DNA of 63,929 bases, filler included, from Octopus bimaculoides (GCF_001194135.2; 7 parts of 6 records of this genome joined end to end with filler, not necessarily neighbours in it); one strand, 5' to 3'. Shown: positions 37,881 through 52,233, numbered from the whole stretch's first letter. The notes: generated by a model not told the origin, from the letters alone. A program made the numbers and translations.

Positions 37881-38810
37881 AACGTAAGGGGAAAATAGCA
37901 CGGCCAAGTACTCGATTCTGTCGTCTTTCTGGAAGATAAAATCTAATCGATTTCCGTCATTGTGAATAAGTTTGTGTGTGCGAGGATTAGACTCGTTATA
38001 AGTATTTTTTCATAATGCTTTAAAAGTATTTGCGTGCACAGGTTAAAATGTGTTTATATTGATTTATTCTATATTATTTTATTATATTTATTACATATTT
38101 TTAGTTAATATTACTTAACACATGATTCTCCAGTTGTATTTTGACAGATAGATTCGGAGTGTCTTATATATTTTCTATATAAATATAAATTTTACGATTA
38201 TTAAATTAAAGTGCAACGGAAGAACGGTCCTGTCGCTAAGTCACTTGTATAGCTTTGCAGCTAAATCAAAAAGGAATATACTCTACTATTGCATATAGAG
38301 CCCTGTTCTTCCAGTTCGTTCGACTAATGGTATAAGCATACGTACACACACACACACACACGCACACACACACACACACACACGCACACACACACACACA
38401 CACACGCACATGCGCACAAGTATTTCTGAGTGCGTGCATTGCTGCAGTCTGTAAAACAACATGTACTGTAGCATTTATGTCATCATAAACAATATACTTC
38501 AACATCCTCTCCTCATCTTCATTTGTCGACGGCATCCTCATCATCAGTATAAGTAGTATACTGATGATGATGACGGATGTAGTAGCAGTGGGGGGAGTTT
38601 GTTGTTGTTGTTGGTGATGCTGGTGGGTGTGGTGGTAGTATTAGTAGTAGTAATAATAATATTAATAGTAGTAGTAGTAGTAGTAGTAGTATGGTGTTTT
38701 TGTTGTTGGTAGTGTGATGATAGGCATAGTAGAAGTAGTGCCAGTAGTAGTGCCAGTAGTAGTACCAGTTGCGAAGGTGTTTTTGTTATTGTTGTTGTTG
38801 GTGGTGGTGG

Positions 38811-38877
<67 letters not shown>

Positions 38878-39142
38878 TAGTTTTATTTTTATAACGTNNN
38901 NNNNNNNNNNNNNNNNNNNNNNNNNNNNNNNNNNNNNNNNNNNNNNNNNNNNNNNNNNNNNNNNNNNNNNNNNNNNNNNNNNNNNNNNNNNNNNNNNNNN
39001 NNNNNNNNNNNNNNNNNNNNNNNNNNNNNNNNNNNNNNNNNNNNNNNNNNNNNNNNNNNNNNNNNNNNNNNNNNNNNNNNNNNNNNNNNNNNNNNNNNNN
39101 NNNNNNNNNNNNNNNNNNNNNNNNNNNNNNNNNNNNNNNNNN

Positions 39143-39205
<63 letters not shown>

Positions 39206-39219
39206 GCATTATTATTATC

Positions 39220-39320
<101 letters not shown>

Positions 39321-39337
39321 CATTATTATTATTATTA

Positions 39338-39385
<48 letters not shown>

Positions 39386-40009
39386 GTATTAGTAGTTGTA
39401 GTAGTAGTAGTATTAGTAGGTGGAGGAGGAGGAGGGGTGGAGTAAGATCAGCAACAGCAGTAGTTTTGTCTCAATCTTTCTTTGTACTTGTATTACAAAT
39501 TGTTCACTAGTTTTCAATAGCAATAAGAACATACAATGTGAATTAGTCTCTTGGTACGTTGACAACATGTTGATGGAAACGAATGATAGAGAATGAAACG
39601 AAATGAACGACAGATTTAAACATTATGTAGAAGTAAAGCTTAGACAAAATATTAATGAGACACAGAAACGAATGAAACTCAGAATGGACGATAGATATAT
39701 CAGTGAGAGAGTGAACGAGAAATGAATGTTTTATGAATGTTTGAATGAATGAGATATTTAAAGTGTAGAAACAAAGACTTGGTGAAAGATTAAATGGAAT
39801 GATATTAGTTAAGACTGAATGAGAGAATGAAGGATTAGATTAATGAAAATTGAAGATATGACGAGCAAGTGATTCAAGGATCATTACAATGTAAGAATAA
39901 ATAAAATATATGAAACAATAATTGAAGAAATTAAGTGAATGAAAATCACTGAATAATACAATGAATGAGAAGCTGAATTCTTGAATGGCAGAAAGAATTG
40001 GATATACTC

Positions 40010-40685
40010 TTTTACTATTTACTTGGTTCTGTCACAGGAATGCGTCCATGCTGTGGCACAACCTTGAAGTGTTTTGAATAAATCGATCCAAGTACGTAGT
40101 TTTTAAAGCCAGGTCCGTATTTTATCTCTTCTTTTGCCGAAATGCTAGGCTATGGAGACGCAAAAAGACCATAAATCTTGCCAAGTGTGTTTGGAGAAAA
40201 ACACAAACACACACGTACACACACACACACATTCACACATGCGCACACATATAAATACACGTGCGCCCATGCACAGACATACTTTCTCTCAAACATACAC
40301 GTATTTACGACGGGCTTATTTTTAGTCTATACCAAATGCAGTTCCTTATTTTATCGCTTCCTTTGCCGAAACGTTAGGTTATGTGGACGTAAAAATAAAA
40401 CATAAAGGTTGTCAAACTGTGTTTAGAGACAAACACACACACTGGTGCGCGCGCAAATGTAGAAATACACGCGTACACACACATTCTCACATACACGCTC
40501 TGTATCTCACACGTATTTACGATGGGCTTATTTCAGTCTCATTCTGCCAGAGCCACTCACAAGGCTTTGGTCAGCTCAGGGCGCTATAGTAGAAGATACT
40601 CGCTCAAGGTAACTCAATAGGACTAAATCAGGGACCTTGCTGTTGGAAAGCAAACTCCTTACCACACAATCACGCCGGCACCTAT
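40010..40685 (-). mobile_element. Tandem/nested diverged SINE family C pieces
   Basis: Segments 40010-40200, 40300-40400 and 40510-40685 align to parts of 20620-21026. Confidence 0.7.
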
Positions 40686-41245
40686 ATAATGAATGATATA
40701 ATAAATAATATGGAATGAAAAAAAAAAAAGATAATAGATTTAATGAAAAGCAGAGATCGAATTTCTGAAATCATAGATCAAAGATTGCATGGGAATAAAT
40801 TTGATGTATAAATAAAGTAAAGAAGAATGGAAGTAAAGGATTAATAAAAGATCAAAAAAGTGAAATCTTGAATTAATTTATAAAGATTGAAAAGAGGAAC
40901 GAAGATATTTAGTGAAACACAGATCTATAAAATGATTGAAGAAAATAGCGAAGGACTTAAATACATAAACGAAGAGAAAAGACGAAAATAAATTCGATGC
41001 AAGAATGAATGAATTTATGAAATATTCGAAGATGATGTGATGTAACAATAAGGACAGAATAATCGATTAAAAGAATGCATAAATGAACGAGGTGGAGAAT
41101 AAATGAATGCATGAATGATGAAAAGATACAAGGAGAGAATGAATCAATGGACGATTGAAAATGAATGAATGAACATTCTATGTTAGTCATGTTTTCGCAG
41201 ATATGTCATCATCCAGCCATTTTACAATGAGATTGCAGGTTAGTC

Positions 41246-41287
<42 letters not shown>

Positions 41288-42515
41288 TAGTAAGAGGAGG
41301 AGGAGGTGCTGAAGAGGCTTTGTCACAAAACATTGGCAACATGGAGTAGCAATAGGAAGAATGTTGTGAATTTGTAAAGAGAAAAATGAGACACAGAAAT
41401 ATATATGTATGAGTGCGTGTTTGTGTGGGCGCGTGCGTGCGCGTGCGTGAATATATTTGTTCGTGCGCACGCGTGTGTATGTGAATTTATGCACACATGA
41501 ATGCATCCACTCAAGCACACACAAGCACATATATATGAGTTATTGACAACCCGAAAGAAATATATATCTATACACGTATGTGCATGTTTACGAAAATGTA
41601 AATATGTATATATCTAAACACACACACACGCTCACACACAAAAGAATATGTCCGTTGTCTTGGTATGTATATGTATATTATACATAAATATATGCATGTA
41701 TGTACATATGCACCTTTATACTTATGTGCACTTACATACATATATAAATATATAAATACACACACGCACAATACATATATAATTACATACGTATGTATAT
41801 ACATACATCATACCCGCACACACACGCACACATACACACACTTACGCACTCACACACAAAAAGTACCAGTCTGCCAGAGACTGAAAGCTGCAAAGAGAAT
41901 AAAAGAAACTTTGTGTAAATTATATGGCGTACTTTTCTTTCCATCATTAGCATCTTTCAGCATGGCGGAAGTGAAACTGCAAGATTCATTGATAGACTTT
42001 CACGTCACACAGCAGCCATTCTCTAACATTACAAGCAGATATTCTACAGTTGCCTTAAGACTTATTGCATACACAGCGATCTGAATTTAAACAAATGCGC
42101 ACCAAATATACAGTCATATATATNNNNNNNNNNTATATATATATATATATATTTGTGTATATATATAAAACATATATATACATTTATATAAATGTATATA
42201 TGTATACATATATCTATACACACAATCAAACATATGCACACGCACACATATATATGTATAAGTATGTATTTACATAAATATATACTTATAGTAATATGTA
42301 TGTGTATGCACAATTATGCATGTATAGGTGTGAGTGCAGGCGCACATATGTGTGCATGTCTGTGTGTTTTGTGCGTATATAATATATATAAACGTGTAGA
42401 TACGTATGCAAGAGCCTGTACATATTCGTATCCGCTGATTTAGATGCACTTGTAATTGTTCAATCCGATGTTTTGTTTATATGTATGTACCTATGAATAT
42501 ACATATATGTATATA

Positions 42516-42572
<57 letters not shown>

Positions 42573-43811
42573 CATACATGCACACATACACACACATAGA
42601 AATGCGTACTGGATACGACGACTGGAATTGCCCGTTTGGACACTGGTGGCTGGCATGGCTGACTGGTGAAGAAAACTATTTTGGTGATGCCCTGTTTTGG
42701 GGAAATTTGCTCAAAGTATCGAAGGCAAAGAGGCATACTCATTCATGCACATGAACACATATACACACACAAACACACGCATATACGCATGTACGCACGT
42801 ACAGACAGAAATATGGTCATACAATAGATACATAGATAGACAAACAGATAGATAGACAGATATATTGATAGATAGATAGATAGATAGATAGATACAGTAA
42901 GAGAGAGAGAGAGAGAGTGAGTGAATGAGAGAGAGAGTGAGTGAATGAGAGAGAGAAAGGGGAGGAGTAAGATATTAAAATGCATTAACTGAAATCTAAT
43001 AACATGAACACTTTCCTTCTCCTCATATATATAAATTGAAATATGCTCATACACATAAACAGAAGCAAGCAAAGACTGCAGGAAAAGAAAAAAAAGTAAA
43101 ACAGACAGAGATGGACAAAACGAGAGGAACATCAAAATGTATTAAACGATCACCATTGCTATAATCACGCCCCTATTCATATAAGAATAACGATAAAATC
43201 GTATATTCACTTAAATAACATTTACAGAAACACACCATGAGAAGTATTTATAAAGTCGGACTTATTTAACGTATCTTTATGCTTGTCTATCTCTCTGTCC
43301 TCCTTAGTTTATTTTTGTGCAAAGCGCCTAAAATTAAATTCACTGTCAATTCTGCTCTGTGGCAGATGTACAGAATTCCATCGTGCGAAAATTTTTCTTT
43401 TGTACGTTTCTTTATTATTTCAACAACCATTATATACATGTAGAGAAACAGAGAATAAAGAGGATCTGGTAGTCGAGTAGTTTAATAGTTCTCATTACAA
43501 GTTAAAAGAATAGAAACGCAAATTCCCCCTGAAAACATTTCCCAGGGAGAAAGTGTCAGCGGCGCCAAATAGGCAGAACGGAACTGCATACGTATTTACA
43601 CAAAACTGTAAGGAGCAAGTCAGATTAGTTTAAAGAGTAGTTTGTGAAGTATTCCCTCCCCGGGCAATATTCGAAAATGTAACTGGAATAGTGTTGCTGA
43701 CTATGATCGTTGCGAATTTGATGCCTCACTGAAGCACGTCATGCCACTACAAATAATTATTTACCGTGTATACATAGCAACGTACAATAACTTCACAATT
43801 CATGCCGTTTC

Positions 43812-43851
<40 letters not shown>

Positions 43852-44079
43852 CATACATTAGTTCATCTAATTGTATATTCCTACCTCAGTTCATATAATT
43901 GTATATATCTATCGATACTTTTCATAAAAAGCCTTTACTTCTTTTCATTTGCAATGTGCATTTTCGTTTATTTTCCTTCTTACTTGCCCCTTACATTTCC
44001 GCGTGTAGTTTCTATTTTGTTTTCGGAACATATTTCTATTATATATATATATATATTGGAATTGTTTAGTGAGTGCTTC

Positions 44080-44846
44080 ACTTATCCTCTGGGGTTGGAA
44101 TCAGTGAGCCATCAAAAGTTGGCAGTATCCTGTATCGGACGTAGGCAAACTCTTTTGCGAACTTGTAGAAGGCTTTAAGGTTCCTTTTTATATTTTCCAC
44201 CGCCCTGGCTTCTCTATTTACCCTTTCTTTTTCATAAGAGTGTCTGATTTTATTCTCAGTGTCTAAGAGCGCCATTTTGAGGTAGGGGTTTTTGCTGTCA
44301 TTAGGCTGCTTATCTAAGGGATTCGCGATCTTTATCCTCCGTCTCGTTAGGATTCGTCTTTCTCGGGGAATAATGTTCTTGTGTGTGGTGGCTTTCTTAT
44401 CTGGACAAACGTAATGCATATGGCTCGCATTATAGACATGAATTCATTGAATTTCATGTCAGTGTCTTACATGAACATACTTTAAAGCCAGTTTTGCCGG
44501 AGTGCCTTTTTGTTGATGGACTTCCAGTCAGCCTTGTAGAAGTTCAGTTTGGCGAGCGCTTGGGAATCAGCAAGGTTGTATGATTTTTTACTGAGCTGTG
44601 GACCATATATTGACAGTTCTGTCATGTTATGGTCTGATATGTTTATTTTGTGGATAAAGTCTATATTGTTTGTGAAGCAGAAATTTCTGGTTGGGGAAAG
44701 TATGGTCTGCTCCATGAATATTATTTTATTGAGATCTACTAGAGATTCTGCCTGATTGCATTCTTTTCGTGTTAGTCCTTAGGTTATGATAACTTCGGTC
44801 CTTCTAATGTTGGGGAAGCTGAAACCACCCATCAGAAGTACTTTAA

Positions 44847-44848
<2 letters not shown>
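44080..44848 (-). mobile_element. CR1/L2/Jockey-group LINE ORF2 fragment (APE C-terminus and linker)
   Basis: VLLMGGFSFPNI (GDFN-like); ISDHNM; LNFYKADWKSI; ENIKRNLKAFYKFAK (I..N.K.FY.YA). Confidence 0.8.
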
Positions 44849-44914
<66 letters not shown>

Positions 44915-44918
<4 letters not shown>

Positions 44919-45065
44919 CGTTAGGAAGGGCATCCAGCTGTAGAAACTCTGCCAAATCAGACTGGAGCCTGGTGTTGCCATCCGGTTTCACCAGTCCTCA
45001 GTCAAATCGTCCAACCCATGCTAGCATGGAAAGCGGACGTTAAACGATGATGATGATGATGATGA
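44915..45065 (+). mobile_element. RTE 3-prime-tail short copy ending in (GAT)n
   Basis: Matches 47945-48077, the tail of the RTE fragment. Confidence 0.85.
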
Positions 45066-45544
45066 TATATAGATATATATATATATACATTGTGATATGT
45101 CATTTTGTAGCATTCTATAGCATTCAAATAGCTGAATATGCTCTTTTCTGTATTAGATAATTTATTCGTTGTAGATGGAGCTTATCTCAATTTCATTTTA
45201 AAGATATGGTGGCATAGATTAACCTGTATAACGCGGAGATTCATTGCTATGATAACATATTAATTAATAACTACTATTTTTATAATAAATTTCTTTTTTG
45301 AAATATGTAGAAATATACGTTGATTTGTTGCGGTGCAAGCAATAATCTCAAAATATTTAACAAATTTGACCCACAACACTGATTGCAAAGTTTCAACTGT
45401 TCAAGATTTATTGAACGAAAAATGGATTGACTGCCAAGAATATATCTCAGAGCAAATGATGTGTCGTTGTGTACTAGCATAGTTCTTATAATTTTATTGG
45501 TTGCTTTGAAGTTGTAGTAATAATCATGGTTTCTATTTAGTAAA

Positions 45545-45700
45545 TCCATTTACATTATTTACATTATTTGCATTTGATGGATATCTGTCCTCATCTTGTT
45601 TGTTGTTAACACAAAATTTCGGCTGATATACCCTCCAATCTTTATTAGGTATCTTGAGGAAATTTCGAATCTCGGTTCTCATTCCGAAGTTTTTTTCCGA
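45545..45700 (-). mobile_element. Short repeat with heavily decayed hammerhead motif (45607-45652)
   Basis: Homologous to 35990-36100; reads gatac-CTAATAA-a-gattg..cagcc-GAAA-TTT-T-gtgtt. Confidence 0.55.
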
Positions 45701-45746
<46 letters not shown>

Positions 45747-45831
45747 CTTCTTCTTCTTCTTCTTCTTCTTCTTCTTCTTCTTCTTCTTCTTCTTCTTCTT
45801 CTTCTTCTTCTTCTTCTTCTTCTTCTTCCTC

Positions 45832-45881
<50 letters not shown>

Positions 45882-45927
45882 ATCATTATTATTATTGTTA
45901 TTATTATTATTATCATTAATATCATCA

Positions 45928-45970
<43 letters not shown>

Positions 45971-45993
45971 CATTAATATCATCATCATCATTA

Positions 45994-46046
<53 letters not shown>

Positions 46047-46158
46047 CATCATCATTATNNNNNNNNNNNNNNNNNNNNNNNNNNNNNNNNNNNNNNNNNN
46101 NNTTAATTAATTAANNNNNNNNNNNNNNNNNNNNNNNNNNNNNNNNNNNNNNNNNNNN

Positions 46159-46510
46159 CCTGTGTTCTTTGCCTGTGAGGAACCTTGCAGAACCTCCTCT
46201 CCATCTTACTTCCTGGATGCAGCACATATCTACGCGTCTCCGTTCAAGCATCTCAACAATTTCACCAGATCTACCTTTCAGCGTGCCGACGTTGAGAGTG
46301 CCAATCCTAACAGTATGGGTGTTGGGGGTGTGGGCCTGTAGCCTGGGAAGGGGAAAAGCAGTGTCGTGTACCTGAAAAGAAAACTTGCAATTGGAAGAAT
46401 TCATAAGCAAAACAGTACCTACAACCTGCAAACATTTCTCAAACTTAATGCGCTACCCAAAGGTAGGGGAGAGGATGGCCAAGGCCACTAGATGGGTTCC
46501 GGGAGACAGC
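46159..46510 (-). mobile_element. RTE-clade LINE 5-prime end with APE endonuclease N-terminus
   Basis: VRIGTLNVGTLKGRSGEIVEMLERRRVDMCCIQEVRWRGGSAR (NV.T and QE.RW motifs); ends at a gap. Confidence 0.92.
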
Positions 46511-46664
46511 CGAGGTTGACAGGAATATATATATAGTTATAGTAAACTCTGTTAAGAACATAGTACAGTAAAAATCTCATCCACCTTCAGATTCCATCCT
46601 GTGCTATCCAGTAGTAGTGTTATACATACTTCCACATTTGCATTTGGGTATCTGTCATATGTGA

Positions 46665-46990
46665 ATAGATAAATGAAAAAATTTGGAAGCAACAAAGAGT
46701 ACAGTTGGACATCTATTTTCTATCACTACAACTGTTTCCCCGCAACATAGTTCTCCACGCCACGACAGACAGAGAGGATGTTCTTGAGGCTGTGAATTTG
46801 AACTGATGGAGACAACATTTACATATTGCCTGAGGAAACACAACTAGATCTCATAATGCAGTGAAATGGTTGCATAATCAAGTACCTACATGTCTGGAGA
46901 ACTACATTGTGAAGAAACAATTGTAGTGATAGAAAATAAATTTTCAACCGTACTCCTTCTTGTTGACTCCAAGTTTTTCCAATTTTATAT
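46665..46990. mobile_element. MITE-like element with about 85-bp diverged terminal inverted repeats
   Basis: 46675-46757 is the reverse complement of 46895-46979 at roughly 80% identity; opposite-strand ORFs give near-identical peptides (GELCCGETVVVIENR vs GELHCEETIVVIENK). Confidence 0.7.
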
Positions 46991-47204
46991 ATATATATAT
47001 ATATATATGTATGTACATACACACATATATACATCAGTTGTGGGTCATTCTTTGTGTTGCTTGTGTTGCTTTCCATTTGTGTCTTCCGTTGTTCGAAAAA
47101 ATAGTTCATATTCCATGTACTCGTACTTTGTATTTTTTGTTGTACATGTTTCGTGACGTCTTGTGCCCACATATGCACATATATACATGTGTGTGTGTGT
47201 GTGT

Positions 47205-48077
47205 GTGTGTGTATGGTCATGTGGTGAGAATGGATGAGGACAGCTGTGTGAAAAAGTGCCACACCCTAGCGGTTGAGGGAACCTGTGGAAGAGGTAGACC
47301 CAGGAAGATCTGGGATGAGGTGGTGAACCACGACCTTCAAACATTAGGCCTCACCAAGGCAATGACTTCTGACCGAAATATTCTCTGGAAATATGCTGTG
47401 CGTGAGAAGACCCAGCAAGCCAAGTGAGACCAAAATCCAAGGCCTCTGCCAGGGGTGTAGCCAGCCCACTTCTGCGTACCTTTCCTTCATTGGAAACTAA
47501 ACTCCGCTTGCAAAGACCTGTTGAGGCGAGTGAAATCGAAATCGAACTAAATTCCACAACTGGCACCCATGCCAACGTCTCCTTCATCGGACACTAAACT
47601 CTGCTTGCGAAGACCTGTTGGGGCAAGCGAAAGCAAAATCGTGCTGGCACCTGTACCAGTGGAGTGCTAAGAGCAGCGTTCGAGCGTGATCGTTGCCAGA
47701 GCAGCTGTCTGGCTTCCACACCAGTGGTACGTAAATAGCACCATTTGAGCGTGATCGTTACCAGCGTTGCCTTCCTGGCACATGAAAAGATATTCGAGCG
47801 AGATCGTTGCCAGTGCCGATGGACTGGCTCCTGTGCAGGTGGCACATAAAATACACCATTCTGAGCGCGGCTGTTGCCAGTGCCGCCTGACTGGCCTTTG
47901 TGCCAGTGGCACATAAAACCACCCACTACACTTTCGGAGTGGTTGACATTAGAAAAGGCATCCAGCTGTAGAAACTCTGCCAAATCAGATTGGAGCCTGG
48001 TGTAGCCATCTGGTTCACCAGTCCTCAGTCAAATCGTCCAACCCATGCTAGCATGGAAAGCGGATGTTAAACGATGA
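47205..48077 (+). mobile_element. RTE-clade LINE 3-prime end (ORF C-terminus and repeat-containing 3-prime UTR)
   Basis: YGHVVRMDEDSCVKKCHTLAVEGTCGRGRPRKIWDEVV (GH..RM...G.R.RGRP..W); internal repeats of about 98 bp and about 60 bp; (GAT)n tail. Confidence 0.92.
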
Positions 48078-48132
48078 NNNNNNNNNNATATATATATATA
48101 TATACACACATACATATACATACACACACACA

Positions 48133-49372
48133 CAGACATGACAGAAATAAATAGACACTCCATAAAACATCGTTTTATGTTTCTTCTAATTTGTAAAGTT
48201 TTATATTCTTTTATTAGTTTGCCTTTTTATGTTTCAGGTTCTATATGTGACTGTTTAATCATGCCATGTACAAAAGAAGCCTTGGATCTGTCTGAATTTC
48301 AAAGAGACCATATTGTGGGTCATTCTGAATGTGGACATAGTGTAAAATCACAGAAAACCTTAGGATCCCACTTTCTACAGTTAACAGAGTGATTGTGCAA
48401 TTCACTAGAGAGGGGAAGGAGTCCACATCACCTTGTCCAGATCAACCAGGGCCCTCTTACAGGACCTTTCCCTTTGTTAAGAGAAGTGAGGAGGATAATC
48501 CCATTGCAAGGCCTCTGACATAGCAGAACAAGTTCATGTAAGTCCCAGAACAGCTGTCAGGTATCTCCACAAATTTGGTTACTATGGCAGAGCAGCAAGA
48601 AGGAAGCCACTTCTTCAACCAACCAACATCAAGTGGAGAAAAGATTGGGCCAGTGAGATGGTGGAGAGGCCAGTAGCATTTTGGAACACTGTCATATTCT
48701 CTGATGAGTCCAGATTTTCTGTATTTCCTGGCAGTGGTCGAGTGTGGGTCTGGAGACTTTGTGATCAAGAATTTGATGTGAAAAAATTGCAGCCAACAAT
48801 AAAACACGGCAGCTATGTTGTGATGGTCTGGGGAGAAATTTGGAGCAATGGTTGATCAGAGCTGGTGGAGTATTAGGGAAACATAAACTCAGATAAATAT
48901 GTGTCCATATTGTAGAAAGGACTCCTTCCAATCTTCTCCAGTGGTGAAATGATTAAAGAAAACTCTTTATTTATTTATGGAAGATAGGGCTCCTTGTTAT
49001 ATGGCTAAAATGACCCAAGATTTGTTGGATGAGAATGGCATTAAAAAGCTTCTATGGCCAAGTCAGTCACCAGATATGAACCTTATTGAACATAATGGAC
49101 AGGACACTTCATAAAAATAACAAGAAGGCGTCTTCAAAGCCAGATCTTTTGAGACTATTGCATGAAACTGGGCAAGAAGTTCTGCAAGAGAATATTCATA
49201 ATTTGATCAGTAGCATGCTTAATAGGGTACTTGCATTGAAAAATGCAAAGGGCATGTCTACATATATTAAATATTCACATTGTAACAATTGATAGATAAT
49301 TTGAATGTATAATTTCATATTTAAATAAATTTTAATGAGTATAAGGTTGTATATTTACTTCTATCATGTCTG
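48133..49372 (+). mobile_element. Full-length decayed Tc1-like transposon (DD34E type)
   Basis: TIRs cagacatgacagaaataaatagacac and reverse complement cagacatgatagaagtaaatatacaa; MPCTKEALDLSEFQRDHIVG start, VIFSDESRF and WPSQSPDMNLIEH motifs; several stops and frameshifts. Confidence 0.88.
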
Positions 49373-49384
49373 TTGTCCTCGTCA

Positions 49385-49580
49385 TTGTCATCATCATCAT
49401 CATCCATCATCATTTAAAGTCAGTGTTCCATGCTAGCTTGAGTGGGACGGTACCACAAGAGCTGGCCAGGCCAAAGCCTACACCGGACTTCTGTGACTTT
49501 TGGCAGGATTTGTACAGCTGGATGCCCTTCCTAACACCAACCACTCAACAGAGTGGACTTAGTGCTTTTTATGTGGCACA
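49385..49580 (-). mobile_element. RTE 3-prime-tail short copy
   Basis: Reverse-complement match to 47900-48077. Confidence 0.75.
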
Positions 49581-50734
49581 AGCATACACACATATATATA
49601 CTTGCAAATCTACCCATCTACGATGGAAGCATAAAATGAGGGAGGGAAGTCATAGCAGCAGTATGTATTGAGAAATGTGTAAATGGACTTGATAGATTAC
49701 TGGGTAATGTCTTAGAGCAATCACATTATTGTTGGTGATACAGCATTGTATTGCAGCTATATGATGTGTTTGTGACTAAGTGACATGTGATGATTCACTC
49801 CCGAACTGAAATAAGCTCCCAGCCTCTGTATCATGAATGATGATGTGGATCACTCCTAACAAAAGCTAGAGCTTCCTTTGACTACTACATAAAAAGTATT
49901 AAGAAGAAAATGTTATTTAGATATACTTTTATTTTAGTTGTTTACACTAGTTTATGCTTGTTTATATTCTTATACATTCAAAGATCACAAATTTCCTTAT
50001 TCAAAATATGAATCATATTCTTTTCGCTAATATCAATGATTATAAAACTTCTTTGTAGATGATATTTTCTGTTTGGCCAACACTAATTTTCAAATTACTG
50101 GAGTCTGTTGCTCTACTCATAGTGATGGATAACTGACTGTATGTAAACATTGGAGTGGGTACAAATACACCTACACGATCTAAAGTCTGGCCCTGTGCCT
50201 TGTTTGCTGTGAATGTGCAAACAGAATCTTTAGGAATCTGCCCATCTAAGATGGGAAATAAAAGGATAGTATTGCAAATCTAAACCCTTTAAATTCATGA
50301 ACTATACAGGGGTGTAATGCAGGGTTAATCCTCGTCATTGGAATTTTAACAAAAAAAATCAAAGGTGATTTATTAATACAAAACACAGTATTGCTAACTG
50401 TTCGTACACCGATTAAAGATGAGACAAAGCCATCGCAATCATTTCTTAATAAAGCTATCCTAAACAAAACTTTCGTATATGGCGTAAAAGATGAGCCAAT
50501 GTCATAACAATCATTCCTTAATAAAACTATATCGTGTAATTCAGTGGAGCAGTAAGTTGACTTACTTCCCTTTTACTTGTTTTATGACTAATTTTTATTT
50601 ACTATTTTATGCCCGTAAACTGAACAATTATCCTCAATATCCACTAAATAATCATACTTTTTCACATTTTTTTCGCTAAACAGACAGCTATAACACCCAT
50701 TATAGTAAGATACATATATATATACATATATGTA

Positions 50735-50945
50735 TCATCATCAACATCACCATTATCGTTTACCAGCCACTTTCCATGCTGGCATGGGTTAGACTGTTTG
50801 ACTGAGGACTGGCAAGCCAGGAGGCTGCACCAGGCTCCAGTCTTATCTGGCAAGGTTTCTACACCTGGATGCCCTTCCTAATGCCAACCACTCCGAGAGT
50901 GTAGTGGGTGCTTTTTATGTGCCACAGGTACACGAGCCAGTCAGG
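50735..50945 (-). mobile_element. RTE 3-prime-tail short copy
   Basis: Reverse-complement match to 47890-48077. Confidence 0.8.
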
Positions 50946-51167
50946 CAGCACATATATATATAATTGACATCATAAAAATTTTATAAACCTGCAAGAGAAC
51001 ATGAAATAATTCTTTATTTTTGCAATATCTTGAAGCATACACATGTCCCGACAAGCAGCCTTTGACTTTTTCAATCCCAAATGGTTTTTTACTCCAATAT
51101 TTACATGCTAAATTTATAGTTTTATATGTGTTCTTGGATATGTAGATATATATATATATATATATAT

Positions 51168-51402
51168 AATTACAGAGGCATCAAGCTGTTAGATCAGGTT
51201 ATGAAAGTTACGGAGAGGGTCATAGCCCAACTAATTAGGGAGCGAATCAATTTAGATGAGATGCAGTTTGGGTTCGTGCCAGGTAAAAGCACTACTGATG
51301 CCTTATTTCTAGTGAGACAGCTGCAGGAGAAATACCTAGCTAAGGATAAACCTCTGTACCTGGCTTTCGTTGACATGGAGAAAGCCTTTGACAGGGTCCC
51401 CC
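51168..51402 (+). mobile_element. RTE-clade LINE reverse transcriptase fragment
   Basis: NYRGIKLLDQVMKVTERV...EMQFGFVPGKSTTDALFLVRQLQEKY...LAFVDMEKAFDRVP; ends at a gap. Confidence 0.95.
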
Positions 51403-51539
51403 NNNNNNNNNNNNNNNNNNNNNNNNNNNNNNNNNNNNNNNNNNNNTTAATTAATTAANNNNNNNNNNNNNNNNNNNNNNNNNNNNNNNNNNNNNNNNNN
51501 NNATAGTTTGGGTATGATAGATGAGTTCAGCAAAAATTT

Positions 51540-51735
51540 AGATTCAAAATGAATATGGTACTTAAGTTTAGGCACCAGAATTTAGTACGGTATTATCCAT
51601 ACAATTTCAAAGTAAGGTAATTAAAATCACAATAAGCAACAAGGATATCCAGAGATAACGCAGTACGATCGTTTCATGCAACTCCATTTAATTGAACAAT
51701 GTAATCATTACATCAATTTAAAATGCAGAGCAGTA
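51540..51735 (-). mobile_element. Repeat carrying long-helix-II hammerhead motif, copy 4 (5-prime core lost in 10-N gap)
   Basis: Reverse complement: tgctctgcattttaaattgatgtaatgattacattgttcaattaaatggagttgcat-GAAAC-GATC-GTA-ctgc; downstream part colinear with 54600-54715. Confidence 0.7.
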
Positions 51736-52184
51736 NNNNNNNNNNACACACACACACACACACACACATTTATATATATATATATATATAGGTATTCAAG
51801 TACGGGGACAAAAGTATGTGGCACTCAACACATTTGGTAGGAGTGACATACGGTATTTGATGACAGTTTAGTAACCTAACCTTGAAGAGCTCGGTTCGTG
51901 TCAGGAGCCCCAGAAATGGACCTGAATCAAGCTGTTATTAAATATGTGTGTGTGTGTGTGTACGATTTCTAAAAGTGAATAATAATATAAAATGCATCGT
52001 ATTTTTATCATAATTTCTCTTTCTCTTTCTCTCTCTCTACCTCTCTCTCTCTCTCTATCTATTTTTCAGTCTGTCTGTCTATCGACAAATATACACATAT
52101 ACATACATACATACATACATACATACATACATGCATACAGACAGACAGACACATGCACATATATACGTACATATAAACATTAGC

Positions 52185-52233
<49 letters not shown>

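Noticed and set aside
45533-45991. ORF ending SEKNFGMRTEIRNFLKIP... as a protein
   Set aside because: The unique part is the non-coding hammerhead-bearing repeat read through from microsatellites.
46430-46530. HDV-like ribozyme at the RTE 5-prime end
   Set aside because: Small hairpins exist, but I could not assemble the P1/P1.1/P2/P3 nested pseudoknot or the J4/2 catalytic C.
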